Assembly: GCA_964016885.1 (NCBI GenBank)
Contig: OZ024740.1
Coordinates: 325,314,001-325,378,000, forward strand
Direction: 5' to 3'
Length of the DNA: 64,000 bases
Origin: Eledone cirrhosa
Taxonomy: Eukaryota
Shown here: piece after piece, positions 1-19,672 of the stretch
Numbering within the stretch: the first letter of the stretch is position 1
How the letters are laid out: each line of letters begins with the position of its first letter
Notes under the pieces: model-generated
What the model saw: only the letters and a program-made list of their open reading frames with translations
The model's database searches: none
Told to the model about the DNA's origin: nothing
Program-made: the position numbers and the translations under genes

Positions 1-880
1 GGAGGAAATAACAACAAGGAGAAAGAGCAACCTTCATGAAAAATCCCTTATTAGTACCTTCTTTGAGAAAACTGAATTTTGAGATCCACAGACATGGAAC
101 TGGTTGAAAAGAGGAGACCTTAAAAAGGCTACAGAAGGAATGCTAATGGCTGCGCAAGAGCAGGCCCTCAAAACGAAGTGGGTGAAACACCATATTTACA
201 AGGAGGAGGCTATCCCACTGTGTAGGATCTGTGGAGAGAGAGGAGAATGTGGCTCACATTGTATCCGAGTGTAAACACCTAGCCCAGACTCACTATAAAG
301 GCTGGAGACATGATGTGATGGGCAGGGTGATCCACTGGCACCTATGCAAAGTAAACAATTTACCACATTCTGAGAGGTGGTATGAGCATAAGCCAGAGTC
401 GGTGATAGCAAACGATCAGGTGAAGGTGCTGTGTGATTTTAGGATACAGACGGACAAGAAAATGGAACACAATAGACCTGGCCTGGTAGTTTTGGACAAG
501 GAAAAAAGATCGTGCCTGATTGTGGATGTAGCCTGCCCATTCGACACAAGAGTGCATGAGAAGGAGAGGGAGAAAATTAACCGATACCAGGACTTAAAGT
601 AGGAGGTAAAAAGGATTTGGAACTGCCATGAAGTCAAAGTGGTCCCGATTGTCATAGGCGCAGTAGGTACTATCTCAAAAGGTTTCCAAGGATGGTTAAA
701 AAAATTGGTCTCGCCCCGCTTTTTGGAACACTACAAAAGGCATGCTTGCTGGGAACAGCAAGAACCCTCCTATACGTCCTGAATATCTGAGGCTGTAGGC
801 TCAATATTCATTTCAACAAAACTTTCCAGTTAAATAACATCAATGACTGAGACTCAAAGAACAATAATAATAATAATAAT
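1..880 (+). mobile_element. 3' part of an R4/Dong-type (RLE) non-LTR retrotransposon, decayed, with (TAA)n tail
   Basis: Translation gives EGMLMAAQEQAL, a CRIC..HIVSEC zinc knuckle, the RHD motif and an NRP(D>G)LVVLD..IVDVACPFD..EK restriction-like endonuclease. Frameshift near 235, stop at 600-602, aataataataat tail at 862-880. Confidence 0.85.
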
Positions 881-1220
881 TATATATATATATATAAATA
901 TATATATTAATAAGGTAATGAATTCTTTTACAATGGAATCAGCTCGAATGAGGAAAAATATCCCCTGAGCAGTGTATAAATTAATATGTAAGTGATGAAA
1001 CACAGATACCAACATATCTGTATATATATTGCAAAAGAAAAATTTAGCCAGATTGAAGTATACTAATTATTATACTACAGTTTGTCCATATCGATTTAAA
1101 ATAATAAATCAACGGAGACGAACTGTATTGGCAAAAGGCCGTGATGTAGATACTGTAAAGCCATGTGCGTCACGCAGTCTTTTAAATCATTTAGAAGTGA
1201 AGTATATCAATTTGTCTCTG

Positions 1221-1348
1221 GATGTTTACTGAGGAGAGCGGGACATGATATTCCTACACTTATTTAACTCGAAACATATTTGGATCTTAAAGTCTAAACT
1301 TATCTACGGAACAGGTTTGATTTTGAAATTTAAATGTGTCTAAACATC
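1221..1348 (+). ncRNA. Type I hammerhead ribozyme with long stems II and III
   Basis: gatgttta CTGAGGA gag..ctc GAAA catattt..aaatgtg TC taaacatc. Perfect 8-bp stem I, GUC cleavage site after 1340. Confidence 0.85.
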
Positions 1349-1738
1349 ACGGCCTTTTGCCAATACGGTTCGTCTCCGTTGATTTATTATTTTAAATCGA
1401 TATGGACAAACTGTAGTATAATAATTAGTATACTTCAATCTGGCTAAATTTTTCTTTTGCAATATATATACAGATATGTTGGTATCTGTGTTTCATCACT
1501 TACATATTAATTTATACACTGCTCAGGGGATATTTTTCCTCATTCGAGCTGATTCCATTGTAAAAGAATTCATTACCTTATTAATTTTAACTGCTCCTAG
1601 TTTGAGCTGCAAACCGTCTCATATATACGACTGTTATTTCTAGCAGTACGGTTATGAGACTAGTTAGATACTGTAAAGCCATGTGCGTCACGCAGTCTTT
1701 TAAATCATTTAGAAGTGAAGCATATCAATTTGTCTCTG

Positions 1739-1866
1739 GATGTTTACTGAGGAGAGCGGGACATGATATTCCTACACTTATTTAACTCGAAATATATTTG
1801 GATCTTAAAGTCTAAACTTATCTACGGAACAGGTTTGATTTTGAAATTTAAATGTGTCTAAACATC
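1739..1866 (+). ncRNA. Type I hammerhead ribozyme, second tandem copy
   Basis: Near-identical to 1221-1348, shifted by 518 bp. Confidence 0.82.
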
Positions 1867-2021
1867 ACGGCCTTTTGCCAATACAGTTCGTCTCCGTTGA
1901 TTTATTATTTTAAATCGATATGGACAAACTGTAGTATAATAATTAGTATACTTCAATCTGGCTAAATTTTTCTTTTGCAATATATATACAGATATGTTGG
2001 TATCTGTGTTTCATCACTTAC

Positions 2022-2078
<57 letters not shown>

Positions 2079-2112
2079 TATATATAATACAAAGGTAGTA
2101 GTAGTAGTAGTA

Positions 2113-2152
<40 letters not shown>

Positions 2153-2297
2153 CAGCGTTATTGGCCGGATGATCTCAAATCATTGGTTGATTGGTATATC
2201 ACCCACGGTGGAATGAAAGGCAAGATGTCACCCAGCCGGATCGAACTTACAACCTAATGATGGCCAGCTTCTTAACAATTAGACCATACTGCACTTT

Positions 2298-2540
2298 TGA
2301 AGGTGACTGGTTTAGTAGTTAGAGAATTGGATTCGCAATCGCGACGTTGCGAGTTCGATTACCGCACCGGGCCATGCGAGATATCTTTGAACATGACACT
2401 TTATTTTAAATTGCGCTTTTTTCCAGGATATACGACTGGTATCTAGTATCAAGAATGGGAAGACTAATTGAAACATTGTTTCTTTGGTCCAATTTGACGG
2501 GTCCCACTTGACTCGGTAAGCGAATGAGGTTTGGGATCTT
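2298..2540 (+). mobile_element. tRNA-derived SINE, diverged
   Basis: A-box-like tggtttagtag and B-box gttcgatt. Colinear similarity to 59601-59815. Confidence 0.65.
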
Positions 2541-2965
2541 GTCGGCCGATTTAATAGCTAGAAGAAGAAGAACAAGAAGAAGAAGAAGAGAGACAATATA
2601 TATTTCGGCCTCTAAAGGAGGAAGGACAACATTGAGCGACCACGGCGGGATTTGAATTCAGAGCGCAGTGATTCTGGAAAAATACATAGACATTTTTAGT
2701 CAAACACTCTTGACGGCAGTGCGATTTTCCCGCCTTCGGGTATTTACTGGGTAAGGAATATATCGACATGTCTCATGTCATTGATGTTGACTTGGATAGA
2801 CTAATTTTACCTAATCAGTTATATCTTCTACTAAACAGGTTTCCTCCTTAACGACAGGCTGTCACCGTGTGGAGCTCTATCAGCCAAACTTGTCTCGTTC
2901 CCGTGTTTGTCTAGTCGTTATCTTCATCCAATTAACCTAGAAACTTTATATACACACATACACAC

Positions 2966-3077
<112 letters not shown>

Positions 3078-3265
3078 ATTAGAATACTGGAGCGTGTTGG
3101 AGTTAAACACCCTCTTCGTATTATAGAAATGACAGTAAAAGGTATAGCTCAATGCAGTTAAACAGAGCCAAAAAATTAAGAGAGTATATATATATATATT
3201 ATATGTATATGTGTATATATATATATAAATATATATATTATATGTATATGTATGTATATATATAT

Positions 3266-3555
3266 AATCTTGGTTAAGAGAGTGGGACTGGCTTTGTGCA
3301 GTGCCTTTGCTCACTATAAAGGCTTCACGGCACAAGCATTGCTTTATATCTGTAGATCTCTCTGCACTTGTCGTCACATGGTACCATGGGCCCAGCATTA
3401 TGTGTCAATAATTGTCACAAGTGTAGTGTTTGTACCAGAGTTTTCAAGTTGCTGGCTGGACTAAAAAGTCACACCCGTTCAGCGCATCGGTAGGGGTTCT
3501 CCTACATGGATATAAAGTAGTGGCCGTACTTGAATACGAGTTGGCAGCCACCATA
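3266..3555 (+). mobile_element. 3' end of an RTE-type LINE or derivative
   Basis: Encodes terminal C2H2 finger [23 protein letters not shown], then a short UTR ending gcagccaccat and a TA tract. Further copies at 35178, 36886 and 61727. Confidence 0.65.
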
Positions 3556-3678
3556 TATGTATATATATATATATATATATATAATAGAGAGAGAGGAGGG
3601 GAGAGAGAGGGAGAGAGAGGGGGGAGAGATTGATAAGACAGGTTGATAGATATATGTGTGTGTGTATGTTTATGCATG

Positions 3679-3712
<34 letters not shown>

Positions 3713-4103
3713 CGTTATAGATAGTTTAATTAGTCCCATTCGGCGTATTAAACACTCCCTCTCCTATGCTTGTGTCATATGACTACACCCGTGTGTGTGT
3801 GTGTGTGTGTTTATGTAACTAATCGTCTATATGTGTGTATATTATTTTGTATAATCGATTGAATGGAACCAGTATCGTACAAGTGTTTCATTTCCTGACC
3901 CTTAGGGATAAATTCGAAACTCACCCCTGTGGGACTTGAACCCCGCCCAGCGAGTGAGTCAGTGAATTAGATATCAGTAACTAATCAATAATAGCTGGTG
4001 AGATAGAAACAGCTCAGACACGTTTCAAACTCTGTCTCGTTTATATTTATGCTCTTGTAACAACTAAAATTGTAATACCCGGCACATCTCACTTTCTCTC
4101 TCT

Positions 4104-4145
<42 letters not shown>

Positions 4146-4476
4146 TGAAACAAAATGAAAATGAAATTTCATTTCTCACTCTTAGTATGGCACTTACTTA
4201 AATGTAAGTATGCATGTATACGTACATACATATATGTATACAGACGTACAGTAGCATGCACATATATATATATATATATATACATATATACATACATATG
4301 CATACAGGTACACATACATATATGCACGTATCAGTTTAGCGGCGCTTATTATAACGTCGCTTTGTTCGTGTGTGTGTGTGTGTATGTGTGTGTGTAAAAG
4401 GTAAACAGAAATAACACAATCGGTACAGTATATGGAAGGGATATATTAGGTTAACGCTTGATATAGCAGGAAGAGG

Positions 4477-4514
4477 GTCTTAACGTTTCGGACGCTAGTC
4501 CTTCATCGAAAGAA
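4477..4514 (-). ncRNA. Minimal hammerhead motif, decayed core
   Basis: Minus strand: tctt TCGATGA aggac tagc gtcc GAAA cgt TA aga. Motif and downstream flank are homologous to 37694-37850. Confidence 0.5.
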
Positions 4515-4725
4515 AGAATGAGAAATAAGGTAGATTAAGGGGACGAGCGGGATGGAGTTGGAAAAAATGTTTTTAGATAAGAATAACAGGTCCATTCATG
4601 TTGACATATCTTATATATATACCCGTAGTAGACAACTGATGGGAATATGTCTATCACTTGTTTGTATTCGCTTAACTTTCTAACACTCGTTATCAGTAAC
4701 CACGCAGTCTCGTCACTCTCAATCC

Positions 4726-5465
<740 letters not shown>

Positions 5466-5716
5466 TATATTATTATATAATGTTCAGTATTTATACTTTG
5501 AGTTTGTTAATTACAGGGTACCAATATGAGTTAGTAACACTGTATTTTATTTGTATATATATATATAATTATTTACTTAAGCCTGCATCATTAAGATACC
5601 AACCAAAATGGAAAGCAGAGTGTATACTTATACGTTATTAGTGAGAGAAACGATTGCGTGTGTGTATAATTTATATGTTCATTTTATTAAGGCTATTACA
5701 GGGGTATCATACAAGT

Positions 5717-5766
5717 TCTGGTCTGATGGTTCTGTAATAAACAGAGGAAAATCCAGTGTAACAAGA
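5717..5766 (+). ncRNA. Decayed type I hammerhead
   Basis: tctggt CTGATGG ttctg..cagag GAAA atccagtg TA acaaga. Homologous to 28266-28313. Confidence 0.5.
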
Positions 5767-5854
5767 CTCACTATTCAGCCTTAATAAAAGGAATATTATA
5801 TGTCTACTTCGGCATTGAGTAGTCCTTTCACTTAGCTGTCAACCAAACGCACTA

Positions 5855-6263
<409 letters not shown>

Positions 6264-6351
6264 ATTATTTATACTCCAGTCCTACAAACTGTAGAGTGCT
6301 ACTTATCCGATATTTGCATTGCTTTATTGTGCTACAATAAAACTCACCTCC

Positions 6352-6462
<111 letters not shown>

Positions 6463-6515
6463 TTATACATATAACTTTCGGCCAGTATTGCCCCGGGCCA
6501 TCTCTAACTTAATAG

Positions 6516-6587
<72 letters not shown>

Positions 6588-6670
6588 GAATAAATGAACA
6601 GAGAACAAAAAACAGCGAGTCAGTACAAATGATATGGTTTTTAGTTTCACGCTTGAGAGTGAGGGGTGGG

Positions 6671-6811
<141 letters not shown>

Positions 6812-7110
6812 CAATTACTACATTAATCAATTGTAATCGGGTGATTATAGGTGACTGATGGAGTAGTCTGGAGCAGAGACGGACACATGCGCGACCCTCT
6901 CCTTGGATTACTAGAACATCCAAGACGTGGCAACTGACAGTAGAAAGGATTATACCAACATTGTATTGTTACTTTCTTTGTGGACTCCAAAGGGACAAGA
7001 GTGCCCCGTGCTGGGATGTGAACTCAGAACATAGAGACCAAAAATATATAACCAGCGCTGTATGGACACTGGAAATATATATATTGAGTTAGAAATAAAA
7101 GTTTGCTTTG

Positions 7111-7213
<103 letters not shown>

Positions 7214-7449
7214 AGTGGCGAATGGTAATCTGGAAAGCAGGGCATGCAGTCCAATCATCATGGCGGAAAGTGGGGCTGTGCAGCCTTACCCCCCCCCCCC
7301 AATTCCCTCTAAATGACCCTCCCGGTCAAAGCCGCATGTAGTGTTATCTAGTGTATGTGTGTGTGTTATCTTTTTATGTGTCTACGATTTAGTAAGCAGT
7401 CAAAATTCTGATTGCCCCAAAGCTCTCGTGTCTTTGTGTGTGTATGTGT

Positions 7450-7539
<90 letters not shown>

Positions 7540-7712
7540 TTGTGTGTGTGTTATCTTTTTTTGTGTCTATACGTTTTAGTAAGCAGCCAAAATTCTGCTT
7601 GCTTCAACCGACGCAATTGATAACTCAAGATTCTATAACACATGCACTGCATGCGTTGCATGCACGGACCCCTGGTGTGTGTGTGCGTTTGTGTGTGTGT
7701 GTGTGCATTATT

Positions 7713-7805
7713 CACGTGTGACGCGCGTTTTGCAATCGATCAGCTCAAGGCGCAATCAGTATCGATCCTGTCCGACTCTGGAATATATAGATCATCAGAC
7801 ACGTG
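7713..7805 (-). ncRNA. Type I hammerhead with GAAA mutated to AAAA
   Basis: Minus strand: cacgtgt CTGATGA [long stem II] c AAAA cgcgcg TC acacgtg. Confidence 0.7.
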
Positions 7806-7999
7806 GTTTCCTTAATATATATACATGTAAGTTATTAGGTGGGTAACTTGTAGTTTCGAGCGGAGACGCTGGTCGAAGTACTCGATGTTTTTACGGTGTC
7901 CGTCTCTCATTGGTTTGTGCCCCAAGTTTAAGGCGGCTGTAGTTTGCAGAGTGTATATAAAGTGACAATAAGATTTGCAGCTTTTTGTAAACTTTATTA

Positions 8000-8086
8000 C
8001 ATAGTACAATTTGTTTACATACCGATCAGCTCTGGCGTGGTCATGTGATAGGATCCCGACTTTTAATCGACACTTCATCAGATATG
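8000..8086 (-). ncRNA. Decayed type I hammerhead, same family as 52936-53022
   Basis: Minus strand: catat CTGATGA agtgtcgatt..gatcggtat GTAAA caaattg TA ctatg. Confidence 0.6.
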
Positions 8087-8169
8087 AGCGTTTACATAGG
8101 TGGTTCCAAATATATATTGTATGCAAAAAGTTCAGAAGACAATATTTTTCTAATTCAGATGATATCACT

Positions 8170-8380
8170 ATTGTAGATTTCTTTCAATTTTTGTGAATAT
8201 ATGATGGCATTTTTTGTGTTGTTTTCTTTCTCTTAACATCTCCTTTATCGCCAAGATAATGCTCCATTGTCATTGCTACGGCATATAGACAGACGTTGAT
8301 TTGTCAAAATGTAGGGCTTTAATTTATCGTAAATATTCACCTCCAATTTTGTCGATAGCAACTTCTTTATTCATCTTTTA
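8170..8380 (-). mobile_element. Internal fragment of the R4/Dong-type LINE family found at 40921
   Basis: Reverse complement aligns by eye to about 41820-42030 (AMTMEHYLGD..TTQKMPSYI versus AMTMKHYLGD..TPQKMPSYI). Confidence 0.7.
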
Positions 8381-8499
8381 AGGGTCTTCACCCTATTTTA
8401 TGAGCTATCTTATAGCATCTCTGCGCATGACCACAACATTCTTTATATTTGTATATCTATGTTCGCAACGCTTAAAAGTTCGAAAGATCAGCTGGGTAT

Positions 8500-8550
<51 letters not shown>

Positions 8551-8828
8551 CGTGACATTCTGAACATTGCAGATGTAAATCTGCATTTGTGAAGTTATGT
8601 TGCACAGAAACGGTATCGTCCAAGAGTTGAGACTTTTACTTTTATCTCTACCAAAGCACAGCCACCGTAACATCTATTAACTAAATGTGTGCACTCTGAA
8701 CAGTTGGGTACAGTTGCATTTCGTTCATTGAATGAGCCAGACGTTGGCCGGAGAAACTTGACTTAATACCAGCGATTTTCGTTACTTTTGTAATATATAC
8801 ATATACATATACATATATATATATACAG

Positions 8829-8864
<36 letters not shown>

Positions 8865-8869
8865 TCAGT

Positions 8870-9226
8870 AATTAGGAATATTCCAAAGCTTGGTAGAACA
8901 AGTTGTGAGGAAATTTATCAACATACGTTAAGGTGACTCGACAGGTTGGTAGGGATTCTGTAGTGGAAACACGAACAAACGAGGAGTGTAATCAAAAAAG
9001 CGAAATAGGACGAAGGTAAACAGTTACAAAAGGATTTAATCCACGTATTAACAATTGTTTCATCAGAATTTCAGTCCATTATTGCTACACTATGTAATAA
9101 TAGGCAATCAAGAAAGATACTGTAGCATCCGAATTTTCAAAATACAAAGTTGAAATGACCTTAGGAAATGAAATAAGGGGCAGTAGTGTAAGATAGAGGA
9201 ACAGAGAGAGAGAGAGGGGAAAAAGA

Positions 9227-9291
<65 letters not shown>

Positions 9292-10022
9292 GACGGAGGT
9301 AGGAAGAGAAAGAGAAAGAGATAGGGTGGTGTGAGAGGATTTGTATAGAATATAGTTAAGTTACAAGAAGGTAGGGGGAGGAGGGTTGTGTGCTAAAAGG
9401 TGTGATGAGTAGAGGGAGAGAGAAGGAAGATAGAATTTTAAGTGGCAGTTGGTAGTGGACAGGCGAAAGTTTTACCAGAGAATGGATGAAGGAAGAAAGT
9501 ATTAAATTTCATATATAGTCTATTTTTAGGAGTGTAGAATTGTTATTTAGGGTAGAAAAGGGAAGGGAGGTAGTGTTAAGATTTAGTTGAAGGTTTGAAG
9601 TGTGAGAACTTCGCTTTTAGTTTATGCTGGCAAAAGATTGACCTTTCAATGTTGTTGTTGAGTAGTTGGTAGCCTGAGCTTAGGATATGGAAGAGCTCAT
9701 TATTACACAACGGGCACGTTTTCATCCCACTCCGGTATGGAGGAGCATGTGAGAGTTTGGTCCATTTAAGGGTGTATTGTCGGTTACTCCCTTTTAAGTG
9801 CCAAATTTTGTCGGCGAGAGTCGTTACGAAACGGTGTTGGGGGTGCTTTATTGCGTAACGATGCGTGTACCAACGAGTTTTGAAGGTGTTTGCAGTGCTG
9901 CCTATGTAGTGCCAGGTTTGGTTGCCCGACTCAACCGAGCACCTGTACACTAGGTTTGAATGCAAACATTCGTTATTCAATGGACAAGTCTCTGGAAGGT
10001 GGCAATTACAATTTCTGTTATG

Positions 10023-10025
<3 letters not shown>
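8870..10025 (-). mobile_element. 5'-truncated Penelope-like element (Naiad-like): GIY-YIG endonuclease plus 3' UTR, bounded by (TA)n
   Basis: Coding part 9576-10025, pyrimidine-rich UTR, and a relic HHR 3' half (GAAA caattg TT aatac) near 9045-9062. Confidence 0.8.
9576..10025 (-). pseudogene. PLE GIY-YIG endonuclease domain, 5'-truncated
   Basis: [15 protein letters not shown] linker, [29 protein letters not shown]. The N-terminal part of the listed ORF is microsatellite. Confidence 0.88.
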
Positions 10026-10057
<32 letters not shown>

Positions 10058-10059
10058 TT

Positions 10060-10138
<79 letters not shown>

Positions 10139-10872
10139 GGCGCGCAAATACGGCGATATATATATATATATATATCGCTGTATTTGCGCGCATCTGTCTG
10201 TTTGCCTGTGTGTGCGCGTGTGTGAATATATATTTCGTTATGAGGATGTATTTGTGGTTTAATAATTTTTTTTTCTTTGCTTTTTTTCATCGCCTTCGTT
10301 AACTCGGCCATTTTTATTTTACGAAATCCAATTTATATTCTTACAAACATCGTGGATCAAAAGATTTATATTACTTACTACACCATATACGAAGCCACCG
10401 CATGATGTCATTCCACTCTACACCCCACCATTACACACACCGCGCAACACCACAAACTACATGCCACACTGTATATTACTCCATTCTAGAACGATCCACA
10501 CACCACACCATATATCACGCCGTATAACACCCCGCACCACATAAAATATGACACTCATTGTAAGATAACGCTTCAAAAACACGACACCACGCCATATATC
10601 TCAACACTTAATAATATACTCCACACCATACAAGATAAACAGTACCGACACTACATCACACCGCAACCCATCACACTAGACCACACAACACCACATCAAA
10701 CTACATGATACTTCAGCCACTCACACTCCCCCATACGACATATTATATCACCCTACATTATTCTGTGTATATACATACACACCCTACATATTCTGTGTAT
10801 ATACATATATCTATCACACACACACTCTCTCTCTCTATCTCTCTATCTCTCTATCTCTCTAACTCTCTCTCA

Positions 10873-10916
<44 letters not shown>

Positions 10917-10938
10917 CTATCTCTCTCTCTCTCTCTCT

Positions 10939-11029
<91 letters not shown>

Positions 11030-11066
11030 TAAGTATGTTTTGAAACAGTGAGCAAGATTGAAAATA

Positions 11067-11260
11067 AGAAAATAGAATAGCTTTCACCGTACTTTTGACT
11101 AAAGGAATTTTAGCCTGATAATGGGGTTTAGAAAAAGATGAGTATTGACGTACATATACGTCAATACTCATCTTTTTCCATTTATCTGAGGGTTCTAAAC
11201 CCCATTATCAGGGTAAAATTCCTTTAGTCAAAAATACGGTGAAAGCTATTCTATTTTCTA
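11067..11260. repeat. Nested fold-back element between (TA)n tracts
   Basis: Outer arms 11067-11133 / 11193-11260. Inner hairpin 11131-11178. Confidence 0.85.
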
Positions 11261-11262
11261 AT

Positions 11263-11359
<97 letters not shown>

Positions 11360-11572
11360 CAAATATAATTTCAGCGAGATCTTATTTCGGCGGTGGCCAA
11401 AAACAAAGCGAAACGCAATCTTCGAGATATGTGGCAAGCGCTCAATGGACTAAAAGAAGACCAGAGCACTTAACATAGGTTATAAAGACCAGTCAAAATG
11501 AAAACGGTGCTCCTGAAGCTATCAGCCACCGGAGCCAAAAAGACGAAGCAAGCTAAATAGGTTAACAAAAGA

Positions 11573-11715
<143 letters not shown>

Positions 11716-11779
11716 TTTGTCCCGGTTTCGATCGGAGGTAAACACAGTAAGCAAGGTACTCAATATATTAGTAGAGTGT

Positions 11780-12620
11780 ATACAACACAATTTAATATAG
11801 AAATGGCTTCTACAAGACTAGAACAGTTTCATTCGAAGCAAATCAGCAGGCAATTACTGGTGATTTCCTTCGAATGAGATAGTGAACCTCTCCATAAACA
11901 GCTGTCCTAATATGTTATCACGATGCTATCTACCCATGACCCTGAGAATAAACACATAAACAGTTAGTGATGTGAAGGACATATGCATATATAATATGAA
12001 AGAGTACTGGTGGAATATTCCAGTCAAAATCACAATAAAATAAAAACATTACAGACTAGACATAGTGATATGGGACAGAGAAAAGAAGGCATGCTCAGTA
12101 GTGGATTTCATCTGCCCAAAAGATGTTGATATCATGCTAAAATCTAGCGAAAAGGAGAACATTTGTACTGAACCAATGAGGAATCTGCAGATACTTCATC
12201 CTGATCATACGTTCAGATTTGTACCTGTGACCAGTGGGGCTCTGGGATATGTTAGTAACTGCCTCAGAATAGACCTTGAGAAGTTGGACTTCACAGAACC
12301 AGAAAGAGCAGAGCTAGTTAGGAAGCTGCAAGTACAGTCCATTAATGGAACTGTAAAACTTATCAGACAATGATCACATACACACACGTGTAGATACAGA
12401 AAAATTTGTACGTATACACATATAACTTAACACATACAGATCAACACATTCAATAACACCCATAGCTGGACACACACAAACAGATACAGACATACATGCG
12501 TATTTGCCTACTCCATGTCTAAATTCCAATGAGAGAGTCTTGTTTCTAAGTTAGAAACAAACTCACTCTCTATTGGTGAAAATATATAAAATAATAAAAC
12601 AGAACATTCATACATACATT
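11780..12620 (+). mobile_element. Diverged 3' fragment of R4/Dong-type LINE
   Basis: ORF 12065-12373 (IWDREKKACSVVDFICP..EKENI..LVRKLQVQSINGTVK) and the 3' UTR match the copies at 39741 and 40921. Ends in catacatac. Confidence 0.85.
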
Positions 12621-12769
12621 TGCATATATGCATACATGTAATCAAGTAAATGAACAAATGAAAGGAAAATCAAGCAAAATTAATAAAAACGACAACAACG
12701 CTAATAATAATAATAACAAAAATAAGGCCTGCTTTTTTTAATCAAAGGGAAAAGTAATACAAAGAGGTA

Positions 12770-18320
<5,551 letters not shown>

Positions 18321-18452
18321 TTGAGAGAGAGGGGGTGTAATACGGCTGATGATAGACATTACTTTGAATTGTAAAGAAATATGAAGCAATATTAATAAAT
18401 AACACCTATATCACTCGTATAAAGAGAATATATTTTACTAGTATTTGAATGA

Positions 18453-18640
18453 TAATTGTTTCTACTTTAGGCACAAGGCCAGCAATTACCCAGTGCATTA
18501 CTGGTACTTTATTTTATCGACCCCGTAAGGATGAAAGGCAAAGTCAACCTCGGCGGGATTTGAACTCAGATCGTAAAGGGACGTAACTATGCTGGAAAGC
18601 ATGGAGTCCGACCCTCTACCGATACTGCCAATCCACCGTG
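18453..18640 (-). mobile_element. tRNA-derived SINE (octopus OK/OR-like layout, family unverified) with target-site duplication
   Basis: B-box gagttcaaatcc on the minus strand, body ctttcatcc..ggggtcgataaaataaagtaccag. tttgaatgataat is duplicated at 18444 and 18641. Confidence 0.8.
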
Positions 18641-19545
18641 TTTGAATGATAATGCAATGATATCAAAATTTCGGTAAATTAAATGCAGTAATAAGCACAT
18701 TATGTATGAATATTATGAGATATTTAAGGTATAGATAGGGGGGGGGGGGGGTATGTGATATACCTTTTTTACAAGGGAATGTTGCCACCTCGGTGAAGAA
18801 GCTGGTTAAGCTTGCACTTCGTTACATAGAAGAAATATAACAATTCTGAAAAATAATGAATTGAATTTTACGAAATCCCTTGCGATGTCTACAGTGATAT
18901 ATATCAGCAGTCTTGAAACATCAATAGATCTGACATCCGCCAAGCCTAGAGCTTAATATTACAGCCTGGTGTACTGAAGTCCCGTGAGACGAGGGAGAGA
19001 TTTACGTCTATATTTGAGTCATCGGAAACCACTTGATTAACTCATCGGACATACAATGTACACTTGATAATTTACATAAATTCCCAATAAGATGTTATTT
19101 TCTGAGGCAGAGCAGCACTAGTTTACCATCATGTAATGATATTCTCCGATGCAACTATTGTGTGTTTAGAATACAGTCGTAAATGTGTCTATATTTTGAA
19201 AGGTGTATTTACATCGAAAGAAGATAGCAATCAACACTTATTGTAAAGTATTTATATAAACAGTTTCACTTATTTATTCATTGACAGTGATTTCATAAAA
19301 ATATCTGAAGGTGTTAAAAGTATTTAGGTCTAGGAAGACACTGGTGATATTTAAGCCAAACTGTATAAATACATACACACATACATATATATAGTGAGGG
19401 GGAGAGACTCAATTCCTACTATTTCAAGTTTTAAGTTAATATATAACATCATTAAATTGTTCTTTTTCCTTGCTGACTTTTTCTGAACACAAACACAAAC
19501 ATAAACACACACACACACACACACACAACACCTATATATATATAA

Positions 19546-19672
<127 letters not shown>

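Larger units (their letters stand above)
906..2025 (+). mobile_element. Non-coding retrozyme/PLE pLTR-like element: 518-bp unit present about 1.7 times plus a 242-bp inverted copy, flanked by (TA)n
   Basis: Direct repeat 1147-1507 / 1665-2025 (period 518). Inverted arms 906-1147 / 1344-1585. One HHR per unit. Confidence 0.8.

Noticed and set aside
11180-11255. Hammerhead at CTGAGGG..GAAAgcTA
   Set aside because: Core mismatch and no convincing stems I or II.
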